A DNA stretch of 64,000 bases from IMG/VR virus record IMGVR_UViG_3300009694_000018; one strand, 5' to 3'. Numbering within the stretch: the first letter of the stretch is position 1; each line of letters opens with the position of its first letter. The notes under the pieces were generated by a model. The model was given only the letters and a program-made list of their open reading frames with translations, was not told the origin of the DNA and did not search any database. Origin of the DNA: an uncultured virus (IMG/VR IMGVR_UViG_3300009694_000018). Lineage: Duplodnaviria; Heunggongvirae; Uroviricota; Caudoviricetes. Position numbers and translations under genes: made by a program. Below, one piece after another: positions 1 through 10,684 of this stretch.

Positions 1-676
1 CGATAATGATACACCGATAATAACGTTGGCCAAAAAGCAAAATAAACCATTAGATCAAATAACACATTTGAGTTGTTCTGATAAATCATTAACTAGTTTA
101 GAAGGAATTGAACATTTAACGAATTTAAGAGAATTGGATTGTTCTTATAATCAATTAACTAGTTTAGAAGGCATTGAACATTTAACGAATTTAGAATTAT
201 TAGATTGTTCTAATAATAGATTAACTAGTTTAGAAGGAATTGAACATTTAACGAATTTAAAAACATTATATTGTTCTAATAATCAATTAACTAGTTTAGA
301 AGGCATTGAACATTTAACAAATTTAAGAGAATTATATTGTCATTCTAATCAATTAACTAGTTTAGAAGGCATTGAACAATTAACGAATTTAAAAATATTA
401 CTTTGTAATACTAATCTATTAACTAGTTTAGAAGGCATTGAACATTTAACAAATTTAAGAGAATTATATTGTCATTCTAATCAATTAACTAGTTTAGAAG
501 GCATTGAACATTTAACTAATTTAAGAGAATTGGATTGTTCTTATAATCAATTAACTAGTTTAGAAGGAATTGAACATTTAAAGAATTTACAATATTTATA
601 TTGTAATAATAATAGATTTACTGATGAATATAAAAATTATTTAAAAACATTAAAAATAAATCATAAACAAATATAA
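1..676 (+). CDS. Leucine-rich repeat protein (8 x 22-aa LRR), 5' end cut by the window edge
   Basis: Repeats of LTSLEGIEHLTNLxxLxCxxNx. Frame is open from base 2 (DNDTPIITLAK), matching the sequence just after DPYGEEDW in the two paralogs, so the true start is upstream of the window. Confidence 0.9.
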   Translation, partial: DNDTPIITLAKKQNKPLDQITHLSCSDKSLTSLEGIEHLTNLRELDCSYNQLTSLEGIEHLTNLELLDCSNNRLTSLEGIEHLTNLKTLYCSNNQLTSLEGIEHLTNLRELYCHSNQLTSLEGIEQLTNLKILLCNTNLLTSLEGIEHLTNLRELYCHSNQLTSLEGIEHLTNLRELDCSYNQLTSLEGIEHLKNLQYLYCNNNRFTDEYKNYLKTLKINHKQI

Positions 677-2754
677 TGGCATTTGAAGTTAAAATAGTAA
701 ACATTAGTAGAAACGCAGATAATATAATTTTAACAGACAATTTAACTGTTGAAACGTTAAAAGTTAAATATAATTGGGTGCTTAACGCTAATGTTAAAAA
801 TTGTATCATAGGGCAAGATGATTATGGTATTGTATGGTATTCTGGGGAATGGATTTGTGGTGAATGGGAAGACGGAACATGGTATTCTGGAATATGGCAT
901 GATGGTATTTGGAAAAATGGTAGATGGTATTCCTATTTAATAGACGAATCAATGATAATAACACAAAGATTTGTCATTTTGGAAAAAGATAAAAAATATT
1001 CAGAATTTAGATCAGGGGAATGGTTAAATGGAGATTTTTACGACGGTATATTTGGTTATGACAGAGATGTTTCTAATAAATCTGTAAGTGACATAGAAAG
1101 CAAAAATTTTTCATCCGCTTATTGGAATTATGGTAGCTTTCATAATGGTACCTTTAAAAATTCTGTTTGGTTAGATGGTGTATTTTACGACGGTGAGATG
1201 TTAAATTCTTATTGGTTATATGGTAAATTTTATAACGGTGTATTTGATGATTATGAATGGTATGATGGATTATGGTTTGGGGGGGATTTTAAAAATGGCA
1301 AATGGTTTGATGGTAAGTTCAATCAATTAAAATATGATATTAAAAGTAGATTTGGAATTGGAAATTTTTGCATATGGTATCATGGCGATTTTTCAAGTGA
1401 TAAATATAGTCCTTTAAATCAACCGGAATTTCATTCTGGATTAAATATAGATGAGAGTGGAAATACTATACCTAGTATTTACAATAATCAGTCTATTTGG
1501 ATTAGTGGCAATTTCTATAATGGATTATGGTACGGTGGTCACTTCATAAGTGGAATATTCCACAATGGAAATTGGTATGGTGGAATACTAGGAAACACTA
1601 TAGGTTCAGAATATAGTTATAAATGTGTATGGAATAACGGACAGTGGTATAATGGTTTATGGATCAACGGCGTTTTTAAAAATGGACATTTTTATGGAGG
1701 TATGTGGATTGATGGAATTTTAGAAAGTGGTCATTTATCAACTAACATTAATGATCGAGACATTATTCCACTGTCGATGACAAATATATTTAATCCTCCT
1801 GTAGTTATTACGAATTCCGCAACTACAACATCAAAACATTATGAAATGATTGGTAACGGTGTTGTTATTAATGATGGAGGAGGAAAAATAATAAATAGAG
1901 GTATATGTTGGTTTCCATCAGGTATTACTATTGATCCTTTTTATGGTAATAGTTTTGCGATCACAGACGGTGGTACAATCGGGGATATTAACATTACAAT
2001 GAAAAATTTATTAAATACAACCACATATTATTACAGAGCGTTCGCTGAAAATTTGACCGGAATAACATACGGTGATGTTTTTAGCTTCACAACAACAGGA
2101 GAAACAGGACAATTACAGACAACTACATTACCCCCTCAATTGTTACCAACATCAAATAGTACGACATTTTTTGGAATGATAAATTCATCAGGCGAGTCTA
2201 TTACTATTTTAGACAGTGGATTTTACTATACTGGTCATACTTCGCCAGATATAACTTACGGTTCAGAATCAAATGGAACAACATCGATAGGCACATTCTT
2301 TAATACTATAACGACATTAGAACCATCTACCTTATATGATTATGTTGCTTATGTTACCGATTCAGAAGGAACTGTAATCGGAGAAAATGAACACATTATG
2401 ACACCTCCAATAGAACCGTCGTTATCGCCAACAGTAAGTACTGATGATGTGTTCTTAACAGGTTTTGATAGTGCTATAGCTTTTGGACATGTTATAGATA
2501 ATGGTAATGACACCATCATCGATGAGGGTATTTGTTGGAATACGTCGCCAAATCCAACCATTACTAATTCACATACACATTATTTAGATCTTCAATCTTA
2601 TTTTAACGGATATTTAACAGATTTAATAACGGGAACAACATATCATATTAGAGCATATGCAACAAATTCAATAAGTACATCTTATGGTAAAGATAAAACG
2701 ATAAGAACAAAATCATCACCGATGGTTGATATTTTAAGTATAAAAAATATGTAA
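676..2754 (+). CDS. Putative virion structural protein with (W/F)xxGx pentapeptide repeats and C-terminal FN3/Ig-like domains
   Basis: N-terminal WYSGEWICGEWEDGTWYSGIWHDG-type repeats; Thr/Ser-rich beta domains with TYYYRAFAEN and TYHIRAYATN motifs. Confidence 0.55.
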   Translation: MAFEVKIVNISRNADNIILTDNLTVETLKVKYNWVLNANVKNCIIGQDDYGIVWYSGEWICGEWEDGTWYSGIWHDGIWKNGRWYSYLIDESMIITQRFVILEKDKKYSEFRSGEWLNGDFYDGIFGYDRDVSNKSVSDIESKNFSSAYWNYGSFHNGTFKNSVWLDGVFYDGEMLNSYWLYGKFYNGVFDDYEWYDGLWFGGDFKNGKWFDGKFNQLKYDIKSRFGIGNFCIWYHGDFSSDKYSPLNQPEFHSGLNIDESGNTIPSIYNNQSIWISGNFYNGLWYGGHFISGIFHNGNWYGGILGNTIGSEYSYKCVWNNGQWYNGLWINGVFKNGHFYGGMWIDGILESGHLSTNINDRDIIPLSMTNIFNPPVVITNSATTTSKHYEMIGNGVVINDGGGKIINRGICWFPSGITIDPFYGNSFAITDGGTIGDINITMKNLLNTTTYYYRAFAENLTGITYGDVFSFTTTGETGQLQTTTLPPQLLPTSNSTTFFGMINSSGESITILDSGFYYTGHTSPDITYGSESNGTTSIGTFFNTITTLEPSTLYDYVAYVTDSEGTVIGENEHIMTPPIEPSLSPTVSTDDVFLTGFDSAIAFGHVIDNGNDTIIDEGICWNTSPNPTITNSHTHYLDLQSYFNGYLTDLITGTTYHIRAYATNSISTSYGKDKTIRTKSSPMVDILSIKNM

Positions 2755-2762
2755 TTAAAAAT

Positions 2763-3863
2763 ATGGCAACTCCACCGTCACCGATAACTAATAATTCAAT
2801 GCAGGTAAATGGAAAAGTTACAGACTCTGGAAGTCTGGATATAACAAGTATTGGATTTGTTTACAGTTCTTCTGTAACATACCCAACAAAAAATCAATCC
2901 GATTGTAAATATTTAGATGTCAATTTAAGTAAAATGGATGATCTTGGAAATTTTCAAGATATCGTAACTGGGTTAACATCCAATACAATTTATTATTTTA
3001 GATCATATGCGGAAAACCCTATAGGTATATCATATTCGATAGAATCCGTATCAGGAACTACAAACGGAATAACTAATATACCACAAATAACATTCAGTTT
3101 ATGTAGTTATATTACACCATATTATTATCCACAGCAAAATTTTGAAATTGGTGTAAATTATTACATAGTGGTTAGTGGACAAACAATAAAAAATGATGAA
3201 ATTAATTTCGCTTATGGCGATTTAAGAGTATATTACAATAATTATTCTAGTATTATATCTGTTTGGACCGGATATTCTAATGATTATATGATAGGTAGTT
3301 ATAACTATTTACCAGTATCAGAAAACACAGATAACCACATATTAACTTTTAAAACAACTCAGTGGTGTGGAATAGATGATTATTACAGTGTAACTGGTTC
3401 TTCTATAGCAAACGCGTGTTATCCTTTCTTGTGGGTAATGAAGTCAGAATCAAAAAACGCGGATTATTTCAAAGCTAAAAATGGAAATTATTTTTATAAA
3501 GATGCTTCATTGAATAACGGCAAATTAATTGAAAAAATAACCGGAGAAACTACCATGGTTTTTAGTTTAAAATTAGTAGAACCTAATAATTATTTAATCT
3601 TTGGTTATTTAGATTCATATAATAAAGATTATAATGTATCTTTTGGAATAGATGGAATAAATTGGTCCGGTATTACAAACAATAATTCTAATATTCGATT
3701 AGTTGAAACAGGTTTATATGAAAATGAAGTGATTAATTTTATGAGTCCTTGGCAAATATCAGGGCAACATAGTGTTTCTTATAGAGTAATAACATACAAA
3801 TATGAAGATTTAGGTTTTCAAGAATTTTATATTAAATTTGTTTCTTATTATGATGAAATTTAA
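2763..3863 (+). CDS. FN3-like domain protein, putatively structural
   Basis: GFVYS...LTSNTIYYFRSYAEN resembles the FN3-like units of the upstream gene. Confidence 0.45.
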   Translation: MATPPSPITNNSMQVNGKVTDSGSLDITSIGFVYSSSVTYPTKNQSDCKYLDVNLSKMDDLGNFQDIVTGLTSNTIYYFRSYAENPIGISYSIESVSGTTNGITNIPQITFSLCSYITPYYYPQQNFEIGVNYYIVVSGQTIKNDEINFAYGDLRVYYNNYSSIISVWTGYSNDYMIGSYNYLPVSENTDNHILTFKTTQWCGIDDYYSVTGSSIANACYPFLWVMKSESKNADYFKAKNGNYFYKDASLNNGKLIEKITGETTMVFSLKLVEPNNYLIFGYLDSYNKDYNVSFGIDGINWSGITNNNSNIRLVETGLYENEVINFMSPWQISGQHSVSYRVITYKYEDLGFQEFYIKFVSYYDEI

Positions 3864-3880
3864 AAATTTGAAAAAAAATA

Positions 3881-3890
3881 TTAATATATA
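3881..3890 (+). promoter_or_regulatory. Putative phage late promoter (TTAATATATA)
   Basis: AATATATA recurs roughly 5-60 nt upstream of many starts; here 22 nt before the ATG at 3913. Confidence 0.6.
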
Positions 3891-3912
3891 AAGAAAAATT
3901 AAGAATAATTAT

Positions 3913-4908
3913 ATGAAAAACTTTAATGATTTTTTAAACGAAGATGCTGATAACAAAAAAGAAACAAGTAAATTATTTTTTAGCTTAAACTTTTTTAAAA
4001 TATTAAATAAAATAAGTACTAATAAGGTAGCGAAAGAATTACTTGCAAACGACCGAAAACCTATTTCTAATATATCTTGGTTAGATATTGATGAGGAAGA
4101 CAGCAAAAATATTTCATTCTTAACTACTGACAGAGCAAAAAGAATTGAAAATGTTGATTTAATTAATTATGATCCAAATAGTCCTTTATGGACAAGTACA
4201 TTAAGACAAAGTTCATTAATAGGAAAAATAATCAATAAATTATTTCCTGATAAATTTACAAACATGGACATAGATGAATTCTATAATAGATATCGGCCAG
4301 AAATAGATGCGAAAAAATCAAAAGGTAACAATTTTGAATTAGTTAAAGGTGAAGATATTAGAAAATGGTATAATGAAAAAATGTACAACGGACGTATGGG
4401 ATCTTGTATGAGATATGATAAATGTAAACCATTTTTTAATATTTATTGCGAAAATCCAGAAAAATGCGGTCTTTTAATTTATTTAGATGAAACTGGTGAA
4501 AAAGCTTATGGAAGAGCTTTGGTATGGTCTGGATTATTTAAACCGAGTGGAGATACAAAAGAAGATAAAGAACCATATACATTAATGGATAGAGTATATG
4601 TAGTAGAAGGTAAATCACAATTAGTAGCAATGTTTAAAAAATATGCAATAGATAATGGATGGATTTATAAAGAAGGAGATGCTTTTATGATGGACGGTCA
4701 ACGAAAAACAACATCAGTTACGATACGTTTGAAACCAATAGATTATGGTAAATATCCATACATGGATACAATGCAATATTTTACACCGTCCACTGGCAGA
4801 GCGTCTTCAACAGCTGGTAATCCAGCCAGGGATCCGAGTAATCCTAGTAAAGTTTTTCATAGATATAATTTGAGAAGTCAAGATGGTGGTTATGCTAAAA
4901 TTGATTAA
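3913..4908 (+). CDS. Hypothetical protein, paralog 1 of a 4-gene tandem family (SCM...GRALVW...DRxY...YPYxDT)
   Basis: Motifs shared with the next three ORFs; N-terminus MKNFNDFLNE. Confidence 0.8.
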   Translation: MKNFNDFLNEDADNKKETSKLFFSLNFFKILNKISTNKVAKELLANDRKPISNISWLDIDEEDSKNISFLTTDRAKRIENVDLINYDPNSPLWTSTLRQSSLIGKIINKLFPDKFTNMDIDEFYNRYRPEIDAKKSKGNNFELVKGEDIRKWYNEKMYNGRMGSCMRYDKCKPFFNIYCENPEKCGLLIYLDETGEKAYGRALVWSGLFKPSGDTKEDKEPYTLMDRVYVVEGKSQLVAMFKKYAIDNGWIYKEGDAFMMDGQRKTTSVTIRLKPIDYGKYPYMDTMQYFTPSTGRASSTAGNPARDPSNPSKVFHRYNLRSQDGGYAKID

Positions 4909-4925
4909 AAAATACATAATAAAAG

Positions 4926-5957
4926 ATGAATAAAATGACATATAAAAATTTTTTAAATGAAATTAATGAAGCCAAACCTGAAAAATTTGTCAAAGAAAAA
5001 AAATTATTAAAAATTTTTATTTCACCTAGATTACTTGTCATACTCAACAATATGATAAAAACAGGAGATTTTCAGGTTAAAACTGTAGCTAATAGAATAA
5101 TAGGTCTTACGAAAACAGATAATGAACTTTTCGACATATCTTATTTTGATATGGAAGAAGGTAAAAATGATTTTATTTCTTTTATGCCAGCATCAAGAGC
5201 TTGGAGATCTATGAATTTCAAAGATCAAGAAGAAGCAAATATAGATCCAGATATAGATTGTCCAATGTGGAAAGGTAGTGGAAGACAATCATTGGCAGCC
5301 GGAAAACTAGTGAATAAATTATTTGATAATTTTTCTGATATGGCTATTGAAAAATTTGTTAACGCTTTTAGAGCAGAGATTTCAGCTTTATTTATTTTTA
5401 ATAATTTTAGAGTTGTTAAAGGCGAAGATATTAGAAATTGGTATCATGAAAAAAATTATAGTACTAATCCGATAGGAAATTTAAATCAATCATGTATGAG
5501 ATATAATAATTGCCAAAGTTTTTTCGATTTATATTGTAAAAATCCAGATAAATGTGGTTTACTTATTTTAACAGACTACAATCAAAAATTGATTGGTAGA
5601 GCATTAGTATGGTTTGGATTAAGAAAACCCACAGATAAGACTTTTATGGATAGAATTTATGTTAATAAACCTTCAGATGAAGAATTATTTAAAAAATACG
5701 CGATTCAACAAGGGTGGTTATATAAGTATCAACAAAGTGCACATGATACATCGTATGTTGAAAATGGTCAAAGAATACAAAAATCTGTTTCTTTACAATT
5801 ACCAGCAATGGAATATAAAAAATATCCATATATGGACACTTTAAAATTTTATAACCCAGGTACTGGAAGATTGGCCAGTGATCAAGGAAATCCTGTTGAA
5901 GGATTTAAAAGAATCAAACTTGAATCAGGTGACGGTTCATATGGAAGAATTGATTAA
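4926..5957 (+). CDS. Hypothetical protein, paralog 2 of the tandem family
   Basis: QSCMRY, GRALVW, MDRIY, YPYMDT; N-terminus MTYKNFLNE. Confidence 0.8.
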   Translation: MNKMTYKNFLNEINEAKPEKFVKEKKLLKIFISPRLLVILNNMIKTGDFQVKTVANRIIGLTKTDNELFDISYFDMEEGKNDFISFMPASRAWRSMNFKDQEEANIDPDIDCPMWKGSGRQSLAAGKLVNKLFDNFSDMAIEKFVNAFRAEISALFIFNNFRVVKGEDIRNWYHEKNYSTNPIGNLNQSCMRYNNCQSFFDLYCKNPDKCGLLILTDYNQKLIGRALVWFGLRKPTDKTFMDRIYVNKPSDEELFKKYAIQQGWLYKYQQSAHDTSYVENGQRIQKSVSLQLPAMEYKKYPYMDTLKFYNPGTGRLASDQGNPVEGFKRIKLESGDGSYGRID

Positions 5958-5974
5958 AAATAATTAAATTAGAT

Positions 5975-7030
5975 TTGAAAAAATATAAAGATTATTTATT
6001 TGAAGATAGAATTAACGTGAAAGAACTCAGAATGTTTTTTTCAGATAAACTTATTGAGGTTTTGGAATCAATGCAATCAGTTATTGCTAAAGAATTATTA
6101 GAATTACTTAAAAAAAACATTGAATATTCTTTTTCTTATGTTGATCTAGCAGATAATGTAGAAACTGTAAGTATATTGCCAGTAAATAGATTAAATAGAA
6201 TGGAAGGCGTAAAAGACGACGATTTAATTGTTCCTCAACCTAATAGTGTTGTTTGGGGGAAATATGGTAGACAAATAAATAGAGTCGGTGCTTTTGCTAC
6301 GAGACTTCTTCCGGAATATGCTGGAACTAAAGAATTAGAAAATTTTGTTCATGAATTTAAAAGCAAATTAGATTCTGAAAATTATACACTTAGAATTGTC
6401 GATGGAGAAGAACTTAGAAAATATTATCATGTAGATACTTATTATAATCCCACTCCGGGCATAATTGATAAACCACCAGATGGTAGACCAGATCCTAGAT
6501 CGGTATTAATGAAATCCTGTTTAAAACATCCAGAAAAACAAGGATTTTTTGACATTTATGTTAAAAATCCAGACAATATTAAAATGTTAATAATGTTAAA
6601 TAAAAAAGAACAACTTGTGGCTAGGGCTTTAATATGGTATAATGTTTTTGTAGTAGATAAACCAGAATCACCGACTAAGGGAACTTTATTGGATAGAATA
6701 TATTACACAAATGAATCTGATGTGAATATATTTATAGATTATGCTAAGAAAAATGGTTGGTCATATAAAACACATCAAGTTAAAGATTGTTTGACTTTTA
6801 TATTTAACGGTGTTGAAATTAATAAACCAATATCAACCAGATTACCTAATCACGGATATTATAAAACTTATCCATATATAGATACTTTATGTTTTTATAC
6901 ACCAGAAACAGGAAGAATTGCTAATTCTAGAGGTAAACCTGCTAGAAATCCGAATACTGGAAATGTATTTGAAAGATTACAATTACAAAGAACAAACGGC
7001 GGATTTAAAAAGTTAAGAGAATCCAATTAA
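5975..7030 (+). CDS. Hypothetical protein, paralog 3 of the tandem family
   Basis: KSCLK, ARALIW, LDRIY, YPYIDT; TTG start, MKKYKDYLFE. Confidence 0.8.
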   Translation: MKKYKDYLFEDRINVKELRMFFSDKLIEVLESMQSVIAKELLELLKKNIEYSFSYVDLADNVETVSILPVNRLNRMEGVKDDDLIVPQPNSVVWGKYGRQINRVGAFATRLLPEYAGTKELENFVHEFKSKLDSENYTLRIVDGEELRKYYHVDTYYNPTPGIIDKPPDGRPDPRSVLMKSCLKHPEKQGFFDIYVKNPDNIKMLIMLNKKEQLVARALIWYNVFVVDKPESPTKGTLLDRIYYTNESDVNIFIDYAKKNGWSYKTHQVKDCLTFIFNGVEINKPISTRLPNHGYYKTYPYIDTLCFYTPETGRIANSRGKPARNPNTGNVFERLQLQRTNGGFKKLRESN

Positions 7031-7046
7031 AATAAACTTATAATAA

Positions 7047-8006
7047 ATGTTCATATATAACTATAATAGTTTTTTATTTGAATCGGATGATGATAAAAAA
7101 TATATTTTAGTAATATCTTCTAAATTTAAAATACTATTATCGAAAATAAAATCTCCAATATCTGACGCTATTTTATTGGCAGTAAATGAAAAAAAATTCG
7201 ATATTTCATTTCTAGATTATACAGAAGAAAAAGATAAGATTGATAAAATAACTTATTTACCGTCTAATAGAATTTCTCAAGATTTAATTGATGATTCGCC
7301 ATCAGAACCTTGGAATTCTAGAATGAGACAAGAAATATCTGTGGGAAAAATAATTAATAAATTATTTCCTGATAAATTTAAACAAACCGAAATAGAACAA
7401 TTCGTAAATGATTTTAAAGCTGAAATTAACAAGTCTTTTTCTAAATTTAAACTAGTTGATGGTGAAGAAATAAGATATTGGTATCTTGAAGATAGGTATG
7501 AAAACACATCGCGAGGTGATATAAATAATTCGTGTATGAAAGCTATCAAATCTCAACCATTCTTAGATATTTATACAAATAATCCAGATAAATGTAAACT
7601 TTTAATATTAATGAGTGATAAAGAAAAAGAAAAAATTAAAGGAAGAGCTCTAGTTTGGTGGGGATTAAGAAAACCACTTGATAGAATTTATATGGATAGA
7701 GTTTATACCATAGATGACGCTGATAAAAAATTATATATTAACCACGCTATGCAAAACAATTGGTTTTATAAAGTAAAACAAGTTATGCATGATTCATCAT
7801 ATATGGATAATGGTAAAATTATTACTAGTTCAGTGGCTATAGTATTGAAACCAAGAGAATATGAACATTATCCATCATTAGACACCCTTCCTTATTATAC
7901 ACCAAGCACGGGAAGACTCGGTAGTAATGCTGGTAATTATATACCTGGACATAAAAGAATAATTTTAAATAGTGCTAGCGGTGGTTTTACAAAAATAGAC
8001 GTATAA
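7047..8006 (+). CDS. Hypothetical protein, paralog 4 of the tandem family
   Basis: NSCMK, GRALVW, MDRVY, YPSLDT; N-terminus MFIYNYNSFLFE. Confidence 0.8.
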   Translation: MFIYNYNSFLFESDDDKKYILVISSKFKILLSKIKSPISDAILLAVNEKKFDISFLDYTEEKDKIDKITYLPSNRISQDLIDDSPSEPWNSRMRQEISVGKIINKLFPDKFKQTEIEQFVNDFKAEINKSFSKFKLVDGEEIRYWYLEDRYENTSRGDINNSCMKAIKSQPFLDIYTNNPDKCKLLILMSDKEKEKIKGRALVWWGLRKPLDRIYMDRVYTIDDADKKLYINHAMQNNWFYKVKQVMHDSSYMDNGKIITSSVAIVLKPREYEHYPSLDTLPYYTPSTGRLGSNAGNYIPGHKRIILNSASGGFTKIDV

Positions 8007-8039
8007 AAAATTTTGAATCCTTAAAAAATAAATTAAATT

Positions 8040-8300
8040 ATGGATTGTACATGTGAACCCAAATTCAAGGGTATTGCTGACAATATAATTAAAACCGAAC
8101 ACGATTATTTCGAAAAAAGTTTAAAATTGCACTACAAATGTGATCCCGATAAAAGATGTATTTTAAATATAATGAGATATTTAAATAGTATGTCAGATTG
8201 GAAAAATTATAAATTTAATCAATATAGTGTTAAGAAAAATGATAATGATTTTATAATCATCTTCAATTATATTGCTCCAAAACCAGTTTTTACAAAATGA
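8040..8300 (+). CDS. Hypothetical protein
   Basis: ATG ORF co-oriented with neighbours, A-rich leader. Confidence 0.55.
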   Translation: MDCTCEPKFKGIADNIIKTEHDYFEKSLKLHYKCDPDKRCILNIMRYLNSMSDWKNYKFNQYSVKKNDNDFIIIFNYIAPKPVFTK

Positions 8301-8377
8301 ACTACTGAAAACTAAAGATGTAGTCGAATTTGACAATTTTTTCTAAATATATAGAATGTAAAAAATAATACATTCTA

Positions 8378-8629
8378 ATGAACTACAAAGACATTTATTA
8401 CATTTTTATAGAAAATCAAAACGAAAAATGTGTCATCAAAGCCACCAAAGATTTTGAATGGTTCATAGAAATATTTATCGGAAAAGAGCCGTCCATCGAT
8501 TTTATATATTCATATTCGAATAAATATTTCATAGACGATATAATGGATACACTTAGAGAAACTTACGATTATGTCGAAGAAATATCTTTTAGCGACATAG
8601 ACGATTACATGGAAGAAATTATATTTTAG
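8378..8629 (+). CDS. Hypothetical acidic protein
   Basis: ORF preceded by TTGA-N12-AATATATA (8330-8353). Confidence 0.6.
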   Translation: MNYKDIYYIFIENQNEKCVIKATKDFEWFIEIFIGKEPSIDFIYSYSNKYFIDDIMDTLRETYDYVEEISFSDIDDYMEEIIF

Positions 8630-8720
8630 AAAAAAATGATATTTTTTTGTTAATATATATTGATGTATTGTATCATTTTTTTTGAAAATGTAAAAGATAT
8701 GTAAAAAAAAATAGAAAAAT

Positions 8721-10007
8721 ATGAAAAATTTAAAATTAGAATTATTTAATTTCAAAAACAGATTGACTTTTGATCAAACTGATATTTCAAGTTTAGTTGA
8801 AGGTTTTATTATTAATTATGATAATATGTCTGAAAAGGAAATGGTTAAAGGTATTAACGAAAAATTATTGAAATACACGTACGATACTGATGTGAAATTG
8901 TTTTTAGAATCTTTAGATTCTGAAATGAAATCTTATCCATTAGTATATGAATTAAAAGATCTTTATAAAAGAGTCGAAAGAGACAATCAAGGCATGTTAT
9001 ATCGTCAACCATTACAGACGATCTTGGAAATTATTAATAAAGACAATGATGACGCCAGGATGGAATCGATTCTTAATGAGCTTCGTATGTATGATTGGGT
9101 ACCTGAAATTAAAAGATTTGTGTTTAATTTAACTAAATCTCCTATGGATAGACAAAATATGTCTAACTCTGGAAAGGCCGAAAAAGTTTATACGATAGTT
9201 GAAAAAGTGGATAACGGTTATATGGCTTTTGTATCAGATAGATGGTTTTTAATAAACGAAAATGAAATTAAACAAGTTTTAGCTGAAGATTATCTTTCGG
9301 ATGAAGATAAAGTAAGAGAAATTAGATTACTTGAACAATGTATGAAATTATCAACAATTGAAAATGATAAAATTTCCTTTAAGATTGACGAAAATGTTAT
9401 GGTAAGCCTTTCAACTAAAAACGATAAATCTTTATTTATTAACGAGGAAAAATTAGATCCCGAAACGACTTTAGAAAACGTTTTTAATTCTCCCATTATT
9501 CCTTATTTAAAAAGAGATTATTTTATGTTAATTAATACTATTAAAGAAAATTTGAACAATCTTGTTGAATTGGATATATCCCTTAAAGTTACAAATATTT
9601 TAAATCCTTATTTGGAAACATATGCTTTTAATTATAAAGATAAAATTTATTGTTATAATAAAGACATTCGCACAGGAAGTTCTTTTTATCAATATGAATC
9701 TGTAAATGAACTAATTAATGACATTAAAAAAGATCTTGATTGTGATTTGACTTATTTTTTTGAAAATAAATTATCAAAAGAAATGAAACAATTGAAAACT
9801 TTAGAAGATAAAGAAAAATCAATCGAACTTAAAATTAAAGATGTTAAAGAAGCTATTGATGAATTGAAAAACGAACATGCTTTATTAGAATCCGATAAAA
9901 ATCTTAAATTAACTTTCGATAATCTTTTAGTACATAAACATAATTTATATAAAGAACTTAATAAAATCAAAGACGAAAAAATTCAATTTAAAAAAACCTT
10001 AATTTAA
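8721..10007 (+). CDS. Hypothetical protein with C-terminal coiled coil, possibly head-associated
   Basis: 428-aa ORF after ATGA-N12-AATATATA (8636-8659), next to the head module; heptad-rich C-terminus. Confidence 0.6.
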   Translation: MKNLKLELFNFKNRLTFDQTDISSLVEGFIINYDNMSEKEMVKGINEKLLKYTYDTDVKLFLESLDSEMKSYPLVYELKDLYKRVERDNQGMLYRQPLQTILEIINKDNDDARMESILNELRMYDWVPEIKRFVFNLTKSPMDRQNMSNSGKAEKVYTIVEKVDNGYMAFVSDRWFLINENEIKQVLAEDYLSDEDKVREIRLLEQCMKLSTIENDKISFKIDENVMVSLSTKNDKSLFINEEKLDPETTLENVFNSPIIPYLKRDYFMLINTIKENLNNLVELDISLKVTNILNPYLETYAFNYKDKIYCYNKDIRTGSSFYQYESVNELINDIKKDLDCDLTYFFENKLSKEMKQLKTLEDKEKSIELKIKDVKEAIDELKNEHALLESDKNLKLTFDNLLVHKHNLYKELNKIKDEKIQFKKTLI

Positions 10008-10076
10008 TAATTGAAATTGATAAAAAAAAATATATGTCATGACAACAGATTTGGATTTTTAAAAAGTTATGAATTA

Positions 10077-10120
10077 AAAAAATGCTCATGTTCTATAATT
10101 GAATATGAGCATTTTTTTTT
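10077..10120. terminator. Rho-independent terminator-like hairpin
   Basis: A-run, ATGCTCATGTTC / GAATATGAGCAT stem, T-run. Confidence 0.7.
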
Positions 10121-10292
10121 TAAACTTTTAAAAAGTCAATAACTATAAGCATTGTTTTGAACATCAAATTTTACAGGCATCACGTTAAATGAAATAAATT
10201 GTAGTTAAATAAAGCTTTTCAAAAAATTTCCCCAATTTACAAAATTAAATTAAATTAATTAAAAAATAAATTTTTAAAAAAAAATTACAAAA

Positions 10293-10667
10293 ATGGCAAA
10301 TTATCTTGACGACGATGAATTATACTACGAAATTGTTTTGAGTAAAGGTCGTGGCTTCTTGACAAAGAAAGCTGAAAAAATGTTATTATTAATAGGTCAA
10401 AATATGATAAGAAGAAAAAATAATATGTATAAAACAGAAGATGATAAAAATGATTGTCTTCAAACCGGACTTCTTTTTATGTTTCAAAAATGGAAAAATT
10501 TTAATGAAAAAAAATACAAATTAGCTTTACCATTTTTTTCAGAGGTTTTTAAAAGAGGAATGGCTTGTGGATATAATGAGCTAACTCAAAAAAAAACAAA
10601 TTGTGAAAGAATAGTTATGGTTAGCATAGATTCTAGTAATGATGGTGAAGGATTTCATAATTTTTAA
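10293..10667 (+). CDS. T4 gp55-like late-transcription sigma factor (short form)
   Basis: NYLDDDELYYEI start, DCLQTGL...WKNFN...PFFSEVFK pattern like gp55; lies beside the gp4, gp2-like and portal genes. Confidence 0.65.
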   Translation: MANYLDDDELYYEIVLSKGRGFLTKKAEKMLLLIGQNMIRRKNNMYKTEDDKNDCLQTGLLFMFQKWKNFNEKKYKLALPFFSEVFKRGMACGYNELTQKKTNCERIVMVSIDSSNDGEGFHNF

Positions 10668-10684
10668 AAAAATATATATTACAA

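Noticed and set aside
80..620. 66-bp tandem repeats (also at 36270-36810 and 63010-63470) as a CRISPR array
   Set aside because: Period is a multiple of 3, the frame is open and encodes LRRs; there are no unique spacers and no cas genes.
4023..4035. TAAGGTAGCGAAA, a 13-nt match to the same 23S rRNA region
   Set aside because: Lies inside a CDS (codons for NKVAK), is unstructured and is not shared by the paralogs; probably chance.
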